Assembly (NCBI GenBank): GCA_048938895.1
Contig: JBHLLU010000067.1
Coordinates: 1 to 18,549, forward strand
Source of the DNA: Promethearchaeota archaeon
GTDB taxonomy: Archaea > Asgardarchaeota > Lokiarchaeia > Sigyniarchaeales > SOKP01
Length of the DNA stretch: 18,549 nucleotides
Direction of reading: 5' to 3'
Positions 8,521 through 15,751 of this stretch are shown here, in pieces. Numbering within the stretch: the stretch's first letter is position 1; every line of letters starts with the position of its first letter. Both the position numbers and the translations under genes were made by a program. Below the pieces are notes generated by a model. The model was not told the origin of the DNA, did not search any database, and saw only the letters and a program-made list of their open reading frames with translations.

Positions 8521-9077
8521 ATTTTAATGAAAAGGAATTATTTGGGGCTGCTTTAATTGGATTTGATATGATTGATGGCCCCTTTCTTAAATGGAAAAAG
8601 GAGTATAATAAAACAGAAGACATGGTAAAGTTAGATGATTTTGCGATGAATTTTTATCTTGCTTTCCGTGGGGGCAATGCCTCAGGAAAGAAACCTAGAG
8701 CCATATTATATGATAATTTTTATATTGTCGCTTTTCCAAGGGATTTAGAATTATGTTGTCTCTTCATGAAACCTCAAAACCTTGATGAAAATATTAAACA
8801 ATTGAATAAAGTAGCTTCAAGGATAATCACAGAGATGGAAATCAAGGAAAAACCTGAAGCTGAAGTACCTCCAGAGTCAGATGAAAACACCATAGAAGAA
8901 ATAATGAGACTGATTCCAAACATATTAGCAGAAGCTAAAATGTCAACTCCAGAATTGAGAAGATATTTTAAATTGAGTAATTCTCAAATTTGGAAAATTA
9001 TGTCTGAATTAGAAAATGCTAAAAAAGTTAAACGTGCAGACAAGAAGGGTCGTTCAGTTATGTGGACTGCAGTATAA
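8517..9077 (+). CDS. uDENN/longin-like domain fused to a C-terminal winged helix-turn-helix
   Basis: The N-terminal AALIGFDMIDGPFLKW matches the hhhhF-x4-GP hairpin of uDENN/longin proteins. An acidic Pro-rich linker (EKPEAEVPPESDE) follows. The C-terminal MSTPELRRYFKLSNSQIWKIMSELENAKKVKR...GRSVMW has a wHTH pattern. The gene overlaps the GTPase stop (ATGA). Confidence 0.65.
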   Translation: MNFNEKELFGAALIGFDMIDGPFLKWKKEYNKTEDMVKLDDFAMNFYLAFRGGNASGKKPRAILYDNFYIVAFPRDLELCCLFMKPQNLDENIKQLNKVASRIITEMEIKEKPEAEVPPESDENTIEEIMRLIPNILAEAKMSTPELRRYFKLSNSQIWKIMSELENAKKVKRADKKGRSVMWTAV

Positions 9078-9115
9078 AACTTAGATTCTCTTCCATTTAT
9101 CTATAATTTTTTATT

Positions 9116-9931
9116 TTATCTTGTTCTATGATCCCAACCGTGTTCTTTTGTATAAAGACGAGAAAACATAATATAACAGATGTCAGGCAACTCTTTTTCT
9201 AAATTATTTACAGTTATAAATCGAAGAATATGATTTAATACAAAAATACCTATAAATTCAGCATGATAACTTCCCAAATTGGTTTCTAATTTTTCACCAT
9301 AGAATTTTATATCTAAACCATTTTCTTTTTCCCAAGTAATTTCTATAAAGATTTTTGGAAAGATTTCTCTTTTTATGCGCCAGCCATTAACAGTCTTCCA
9401 TACTTTAGCTCCAATGAAACTCTCAAGCTTTTCTTTATCTTCTTCTTGTAAGAATTTGAACGGACTAGCTCTCTGTAATAATACTTTTTGCATCAATTCT
9501 GATTTTGAATCATAGTTTTTCTCAAAGGGTTCTTCTCCTTTTAGTTTTCTTTCAATAAAATCTATAACTATATCGATAAATGTTGCACTATCTTCACCAG
9601 GAACCCAAGTAACATGCTTTCCTGTAAAATAAAACTTAAATTCTGCCTTAATGCCATCTCCGAATTCGTCGCCAAAATAAGAATAAGTCATATGTATATT
9701 TACTTCGGGAAACATTTCCATTGTAATAGTCCAATCCTCGTTGAATCCAATATTTTCAACCTTTCCTCCCAAATAATTGTTTACAATTGCCTCGAGAGTC
9801 TTTAAATCAATATTCATGAAGCTAGAATATTTAGCTTTACTAATATCCTCTAACTCTTTCTCATGGGGTCCTCTTACACCCGTAGCATCAATTTGACCTA
9901 TGGTAAAGAATTTTCTATTTTCAATTGTCAT
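9116..9931 (-). CDS. Hypothetical protein with internally duplicated DUF3786-like domain
   Basis: MFPEVNIHMTYSYFGDEF...FKFYF resembles the DUF3786 'FPxVP..W.GDEEF..ILF' segment. A second copy reads IFPKIFIEITWEKENGLDIKFY. Confidence 0.55.
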   Translation of the reverse strand: MTIENRKFFTIGQIDATGVRGPHEKELEDISKAKYSSFMNIDLKTLEAIVNNYLGGKVENIGFNEDWTITMEMFPEVNIHMTYSYFGDEFGDGIKAEFKFYFTGKHVTWVPGEDSATFIDIVIDFIERKLKGEEPFEKNYDSKSELMQKVLLQRASPFKFLQEEDKEKLESFIGAKVWKTVNGWRIKREIFPKIFIEITWEKENGLDIKFYGEKLETNLGSYHAEFIGIFVLNHILRFITVNNLEKELPDICYIMFSRLYTKEHGWDHRTR

Positions 9932-10052
9932 TTAAAATAGTTCACATAAATTATAAGTATATATTATTATTTCCCTTTTTTTTTGAATTTTCCTATGTAA
10001 AATCCTTAAGTGTATTGGACTAAAGGAAATAATCTTCCAGTTTCAGGTAAAT

Positions 10053-10080
10053 TAATAAAAAAATAGAAAAAAATAAAAAA
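10053..10080 (-). terminator. Oligo-T terminator candidate after the 1121-aa gene
   Basis: The minus strand reads TTTTTTATTTTTTTCTATTTTTTT, starting about 10 nt after the stop at 10090. Confidence 0.45.
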
Positions 10081-10089
10081 TTATAATAC

Positions 10090-13000
10090 TTATTGAATTT
10101 CTACGGGAATTATCATCCCTTTTCTCTTTAAAGAGATGATAGTACTAATAATTTCATCTCTAGAAGCTTTTCTCCCAGCTAAACCAAAATTCAAAAGACT
10201 TGAGACAAAAAAGAATTTTCTCTCTTTCTGTATTTGCTCAGCCACTTCTGTTAGATCCTTTTCTAAACCTTTCAACTTTATTACTCCATAATGTTTTCCT
10301 AATTGAAGGGGATATACAAAGGTTACATTGAAATATTTTTCAATTAAATCATCAGTTGTTCTAAATTCAGTAATGTCACCACTAAAGGATTCCAAACTAG
10401 ATTTATATCTACTTTCAAAAGATTCGGTAAAAGCAATTTGACTTTCTTTCAACTTTTCAGAAGGAGTACCATCCAATATCAACGCAACTCGTACATAATC
10501 TCCATCATTAATTATGATCTTAAAATCATAATAATCCATTTCAAAACCTTTACCTTTCTCTGTACTTACTGACCCTTTTTTAATTTCTGTTCGAAAATGT
10601 GAGATCGCCTGTAAAAATCCTGAGATTAAATCAGAATCAATACCTTCTAAAGAAATCTGTTTATCATATATAGAAACACCACTATTCTTTTCGATGATCA
10701 TAATATATGCTATCTTTAGAAGATCATCCAAAATTTTGGCTTCCCCTGCCCAGAATCTTCTCTGTCGAGAATGTTTAACCGATCTTATAGATACAATTGC
10801 TACGACTGCAGTTACACCTCCTATTATATAGGGTAAATATCGCATTAATGAATCCATGAAAAGAGTATATTCTGATACAACCTTTATATAATCCGATAAA
10901 ATTTCTGCGCTGGTGTATATTCCCGCTTCTGCATATCTTACACGTATAGTAAAGTGTTTACCGGTATTCTCAAATTTTAATTGAACTGTAGCAATTCCCT
11001 GATCATTTGTTATAGAAGTCGATTCATATATTGTCAAATTATTTGCATTTAACACTTCAAAAATAATCTCAATATTATCTAATGGTACTCCGCCTGATTC
11101 AAACGCTCTAACTAGAAAGGATCGAGTACCTGTCATATACTGTTTTGCAGGACTTTCTATAAATTCCAGGAAAGGTTGAATTTTAAATAATTCATAAGTA
11201 CCATTGACGTCAAAACGTATGGAATGCCATTTTGATGTCACATTAAATTCGAAAAATCCTTGAGAAATGTCAGCATAATCGATATCAGCTTCCCATATTC
11301 CTTTGCCAATTCCATTGTCAATTACATTAACTCCAAAATTTTGTAAACCTATATCTGACGCGGTTAATGTATTACTATTGATACCTAAACCAAGTGATGA
11401 AGAAATATCTGAGGATATTGCATTTTGAATGTACATGTTAACGCTAAATTCATTAATTGAAACATTAAACTGATAATCAGCAGATTCATTTGTAAGATAA
11501 ATTAACACAAAATTAGCTTCATTATTTAGCGACTCATTTAATATATTTAAAAAAATCCATGTGAAACCAGCATCAAAAGGAAGAACAATTGTTGTCTCAT
11601 TCTCAAGTTCAAATTCTCTATAATCACTCATTAAGATCCAATCCCCTTTATTTGTTTCCTCGTCAAGAATATCAAATTGGATATCACCTTTATAAAGGGC
11701 TAATGCCGCAAGAGTAAGATTATTCTGGACACTTACATTTGAGGTAAGCCTTATATCCATTAAGGGTAAGATAGGATTTGGATAGGATGCAATCCAATCA
11801 TAATAATCCACATCCCAAAGAGAACTATCTAGATCCTCCAGAACATTATACGTAAAGAAAAATGTCAGATTGTTGCTTAAGGCTTGCGCCTCATAATAGA
11901 CTTCATCATTAAATTGGAGAGATTCAATAGTTTGGCTCCCAAATGGAACAGTTGTACCATTTATAATATTTACGTTATTAGAAAAATATAATTCTTGAAT
12001 GAGAGGATCATGGGGTTGAATTGTATCAAGATTTGCTAATTCTCCCACCTCGACTTTAAACTGATTTATTGATACATTAAAATCGTTTCCAGTACCTAGA
12101 TATTCAAGTTTGAATTTAAGTGTATTATTTTGTGCAGGATAAAGTGGATTATTACCCATATATGAAAGGATAATAAATTTCTCCAATGGGTCCCTAATAG
12201 AGAAATAGATAGTTGTCTCTGCATCGTCAATAATGTCATATTGAAGAGGTATCCACTTAGGATTCAAGCCGATGGCTTTATAATTATATATTGAAATATT
12301 GGCAGATTTTATTATTGCTTCATTACTCACATTTATAGTAAGATAAAAGTCAAAACTAAAAATATATTTATAATGATCAAACCACCAATTAAAATCTGGT
12401 TTGCCAATAACTGGATAAAATTGTTTGTAGATTTCTCGAAATAACTCCCAATATGTATAAGGTGAATTTTTTAATTCTTGAAGTTCGAAAGTAACTTCAA
12501 TTGTAGCATTATTTGCATCACCAGCAATATACCTATCACTATCAATGTTTTTGAAGGAGTTAGTATCACCTTTATAATAAGTCCCATTTGTCGTTGATGA
12601 GCTTATTACATTATTTACAGTATAATCGTCAAAATAGAAATCTGGTGAAATTGCGAATGTAGCACCTTCTCCAATGTCACTTGTATCTTCACCATCTGGG
12701 TTAAAGTAAAGAAACTTTGGTCCACCACCGCTAATTGAATCATCCTGAGGTATTTTTATTCTAAATGCAAACCAATATTTCTCTGTACCATGCTCTATTG
12801 TTATATTAGTATTTGAAGTATCTAAGTAAATTGGACCTGAACCAGAATTTTTAAAATCAAAGACTTCCCAGTGAGCAGCATAGACGAGTGGATGTGGTTT
12901 CACGAGAATTCCCAAGATTTCTTCTGTATTGGGTGTACCTGTATTTGTACAATTCACAATTGCAACTTCCCATGAATTTTCATCAGTAAAAGAAACAGGA

Positions 13001-13455
13001 TTATTAATATCTTGAATAAGAACACTAACATTGTTGATATATTGATTAATTTCTACAGAAAATTTTTGAAAAATATATTTTGGACCCTCTCCAGAGCTAG
13101 TTATAAATTCTGAGAAATCATCTTCTATATATCTTGTATAATTAATCGCTGTTATGTTCTCAAAAGACATTTTCGCATGAGATATGTTATAATTAGGAAT
13201 ATAAATTTCAGGTTGAGTATTTAATCCTGGAAGTTCTCTATTTATATAGCAGTCTTCATTGATAAGGGTCGTGTTACTAAAAATTTTTCCTGTTCTGTTG
13301 ATTGCTTGAGGATAGAGAATGTGATTGTCATCCTGCGAATAAGAACCTTTGAAACTGAGTATACTGGAGGTATAAATAGGTGCAATTGAGAACGTAATAA
13401 GAAAAATCATTAATAGAACTCTATTCCTAAAAGAAATCATTTCCTTAGACCTCAT
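10090..13455 (-). CDS. Large single-pass cell-surface glycoprotein with cytoplasmic longin-like domain and C-terminal wHTH-like tail
   Basis: N-terminal signal/TM (RNRVLLMIFLITFSIAPIY), then about 840 aa of beta-rich ectodomain with more than 20 N-x-S/T sequons. An Ig-like (Big_1-type) segment GVPLDNIEIIF...TNDQGIATV precedes the TM YLPYIIGGVTAVVAIVSI and a basic stop-transfer. A longin pattern follows (IMIIEKNSGVSIY...DSDLISGFLQAISHF...F..RY...L..F.GDITEF), ending in IISTIISLKRKGMIIP. Confidence 0.8.
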   Translation of the reverse strand: MRSKEMISFRNRVLLMIFLITFSIAPIYTSSILSFKGSYSQDDNHILYPQAINRTGKIFSNTTLINEDCYINRELPGLNTQPEIYIPNYNISHAKMSFENITAINYTRYIEDDFSEFITSSGEGPKYIFQKFSVEINQYINNVSVLIQDINNPVSFTDENSWEVAIVNCTNTGTPNTEEILGILVKPHPLVYAAHWEVFDFKNSGSGPIYLDTSNTNITIEHGTEKYWFAFRIKIPQDDSISGGGPKFLYFNPDGEDTSDIGEGATFAISPDFYFDDYTVNNVISSSTTNGTYYKGDTNSFKNIDSDRYIAGDANNATIEVTFELQELKNSPYTYWELFREIYKQFYPVIGKPDFNWWFDHYKYIFSFDFYLTINVSNEAIIKSANISIYNYKAIGLNPKWIPLQYDIIDDAETTIYFSIRDPLEKFIILSYMGNNPLYPAQNNTLKFKLEYLGTGNDFNVSINQFKVEVGELANLDTIQPHDPLIQELYFSNNVNIINGTTVPFGSQTIESLQFNDEVYYEAQALSNNLTFFFTYNVLEDLDSSLWDVDYYDWIASYPNPILPLMDIRLTSNVSVQNNLTLAALALYKGDIQFDILDEETNKGDWILMSDYREFELENETTIVLPFDAGFTWIFLNILNESLNNEANFVLIYLTNESADYQFNVSINEFSVNMYIQNAISSDISSSLGLGINSNTLTASDIGLQNFGVNVIDNGIGKGIWEADIDYADISQGFFEFNVTSKWHSIRFDVNGTYELFKIQPFLEFIESPAKQYMTGTRSFLVRAFESGGVPLDNIEIIFEVLNANNLTIYESTSITNDQGIATVQLKFENTGKHFTIRVRYAEAGIYTSAEILSDYIKVVSEYTLFMDSLMRYLPYIIGGVTAVVAIVSIRSVKHSRQRRFWAGEAKILDDLLKIAYIMIIEKNSGVSIYDKQISLEGIDSDLISGFLQAISHFRTEIKKGSVSTEKGKGFEMDYYDFKIIINDGDYVRVALILDGTPSEKLKESQIAFTESFESRYKSSLESFSGDITEFRTTDDLIEKYFNVTFVYPLQLGKHYGVIKLKGLEKDLTEVAEQIQKERKFFFVSSLLNFGLAGRKASRDEIISTIISLKRKGMIIPVEIQ
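11432..12630 (-). repeat. Two diverged ~190-200 aa tandem domains in the ectodomain
   Basis: Unit 1 runs NNVISSSTTNGT...SFKNIDSDRY...FKLEYLGTGNDFNVSINQFKV. Unit 2 runs NNVNIINGT...SLQFNDEVYY...FVLIYLTNESADYQFNVSINEFSV. Confidence 0.6.
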
Positions 13456-13582
13456 TTTTTTATTCTTTTTCTTTAAATTAAATAATAACTTTAGTTACAA
13501 ATGAAAAAATGCACTTTTAAAACTAGTTTTTCTAATGTAATAGAGGATGTGGAAAATAATTAAACTATATATACTAAATTCG

Positions 13583-14842
13583 TCATTTATGAAAATCCTT
13601 ATACTGCTTCACAGTTTTTCTTATTAAATCTTCTAGATCTTCTTCAGTGATGAATTTATCCTTAATAACTATAGAATGAACTTCTCTCATAATTTCGTCG
13701 ATATAAGTTTCATAATTAGTTAACTTCATCTGTTCACATTTCATCTTAATAGCATCACCATGAAGCGTAGTAGGACCAAAAATAATTTGTTCCTTTTGAC
13801 CAACGATTTCTGGTTTATATGGTGTAAAGCACATCCAGTACTTATCTTTTTCTAAAGCACTCATAACGTGAAGTTCGCTTTCATGTATAAAGGTATTCCG
13901 CCCTACGATTGGCTTATTATATGGGAGAGGAACTCCTGAAATTTTCTCAATATATTTACTAAGATCATATAGTTTAGAAAGATCTATTCCTGTGTCTATT
14001 CCATATAACATTTCTAAAGTCACAACTACTTCCTCAAATGATGTATTCCCAGCTCTATCTCCTAATTTATTAACTACGAGATCCATATATGAGGCTCCTT
14101 GTTCAACAGCAACTATGGTGGAAGCAGTACCTAATCCAAAATCATCATGAACATGGATGCCAAGCGGGATGTCATCTGCAATCGGTATAAGTTGTTTAAT
14201 GAGAAATGAAATTGCAGATACATTACACGCACCCACAGTATCATAGAGCATTATCATTTTTACCCCATGTTTTTTTCCTTGTTCGATTGCTTTCTTTACA
14301 GTTGCTATATCAGATCGGGTTGCATCAACGCAGTCCAAAATGGCATTAGCACCTAATTTTTTGATTCTACTTAACATAGAAGGAATTAATGAGACAATAA
14401 CTTCAGGTGTTATTTTAGTATCTCCTGTAAATAGTTGTAATTGCCATTCTGTTAAAACTATTCCAAAGCCAATATAATCTATTCTTGCTTCTATTGATTT
14501 TTCAATTTCAGCCGTCCATCTTGTAGGATTCGAACTGAGATGAGAATATGTCTTTAGATTAAGTCCTAATTCTTTAATTTGATATGCTAGATCCCATTGA
14601 TCTTGAACTTGTCCAATATACCCACAATCTACATGTCTAATTCCAATATCTTCTAATTTTTCAACAATTTTAGTCTTTTGATCTAAATTGTAATAGACTC
14701 CAGGTGTTTCTTCACCTTCTCTTATGGTTGAGTCTCTTACATAGACCTTTTCAGGTAGATTGAAAGATTGGAGCACTTCCTCCTCATAATTAAAAGGTGA
14801 GATCCACCATTTATTGTTAAACCATTTTGTTTCTTTTTTCAT
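13583..14842 (-). CDS. DRE-TIM metallolyase, LeuA/homocitrate/citramalate synthase family, without C-terminal regulatory domain
   Basis: RDSTIREGEETPGV (active-site helix), LYDTVG, metal-binding HVHDDFGLG, LGDRAGN and PIVGRNTFIHESELH. The length of 419 aa is too short for the LeuA allosteric domain. Confidence 0.85.
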   Translation of the reverse strand: MKKETKWFNNKWWISPFNYEEEVLQSFNLPEKVYVRDSTIREGEETPGVYYNLDQKTKIVEKLEDIGIRHVDCGYIGQVQDQWDLAYQIKELGLNLKTYSHLSSNPTRWTAEIEKSIEARIDYIGFGIVLTEWQLQLFTGDTKITPEVIVSLIPSMLSRIKKLGANAILDCVDATRSDIATVKKAIEQGKKHGVKMIMLYDTVGACNVSAISFLIKQLIPIADDIPLGIHVHDDFGLGTASTIVAVEQGASYMDLVVNKLGDRAGNTSFEEVVVTLEMLYGIDTGIDLSKLYDLSKYIEKISGVPLPYNKPIVGRNTFIHESELHVMSALEKDKYWMCFTPYKPEIVGQKEQIIFGPTTLHGDAIKMKCEQMKLTNYETYIDEIMREVHSIVIKDKFITEEDLEDLIRKTVKQYKDFHK

Positions 14843-14892
14843 TTTCGGAGCGTTTTTTTATTTTATTAACTTATAATGCTTGTATTGCATAA

Positions 14893-14910
14893 AAAACTAT
14901 TAATAGTTTT
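14893..14910. promoter_or_regulatory. Perfect 18-bp palindrome between divergent genes (bidirectional BRE-TATA promoter or operator)
   Basis: AAAACTATTAATAGTTTT is its own reverse complement and is centred about 60 bp from both start codons (14842 and 14965). Confidence 0.55.
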
Positions 14911-14964
14911 CTAAGATTGACTCTCAATATGAGGAATAATACTATTCTAAAGGAGTAGATTATT

Positions 14965-15723
14965 ATGTGGTTGATTTTATTAATTTGGATTGTTATCATA
15001 TTTGTTTCTACAATTTTTATAAGTCAGTATATCAAAATTCAAAAAAGAGAAGATGTCGCAATAGCTTTTTATGTTTTATTTCTAGCAATGTCTCAAATCC
15101 TAGCTGCTAAAATTGGAGATTTTAGCATTGGGAATTACACAATAACTGCACCAGTGGCAGTTCTCATATTTCCCTTCACATTCCAAATAACCGATATAGT
15201 AAACCAAAATTTTGGTCAAAAGGCAACTCATAGGATGATTTTCATTGCCTTTATTACCCAAATATTTATGACAATTTTTATCTGGTTCGGTATTGAAGTA
15301 AGAAGTGCTCCTTTTTGGGGATTTGATTTTGGAAGTGATCCAGTCGAAGCTCAGAGATTTTGGACCAACTTTCTTGGTTCCACAGTAAGAATAACTGGAG
15401 CATCTTGGATTGCATTCCTAATAACAGAAAATCTTGATGCTTTATTATTTGCTAAATTAAATAAGTTTACGAAAGGGAAGCACTTATGGTTCCGAAATAT
15501 ATTTAGCGATGTTCCTACTTTAGCATTAGATAGTCTAATATTCGTATCGATTGCATTTGGGGGTGTATTTCCTATATGGGAGGTTATATGGGGTCAAATT
15601 TTAACAAAATGGTTTTTTGGGGTTGCTGATACTCCTTTTATGTACTTATCTAGAGCTATAACTAGTGATAAAATTCACATTTTAGAAAATTTGTTTGGTT
15701 TACAAAAAGCAAAAAGTAATTAA
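14965..15723 (+). CDS. yhhQ: Queuosine/7-deazaguanine precursor transporter (YhhQ/VUT family)
   Basis: SQILAAKI, LIFPFTFQITDIVNQNFG, RITGASWIAFLITENLD, LWFRNIFS, LDSLIFVSIAF and DTPFMY all match YhhQ-family motifs. An SD-like AAAGGAG lies at 14949-14955. Confidence 0.88.
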   Translation: MWLILLIWIVIIFVSTIFISQYIKIQKREDVAIAFYVLFLAMSQILAAKIGDFSIGNYTITAPVAVLIFPFTFQITDIVNQNFGQKATHRMIFIAFITQIFMTIFIWFGIEVRSAPFWGFDFGSDPVEAQRFWTNFLGSTVRITGASWIAFLITENLDALLFAKLNKFTKGKHLWFRNIFSDVPTLALDSLIFVSIAFGGVFPIWEVIWGQILTKWFFGVADTPFMYLSRAITSDKIHILENLFGLQKAKSN

Positions 15724-15751
15724 AAAAAAATATTAGTTATTTTATTCTAAA

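Noticed and set aside
9966-10033. Imperfect inverted repeat ATTATTTCCCTTT / AAAGGAAATAAT about 43 nt apart (possible RNA structure or MITE ends)
   Set aside because: Short, AT-rich and bulged, with no evident internal pairing or target-site duplication; expected by chance.
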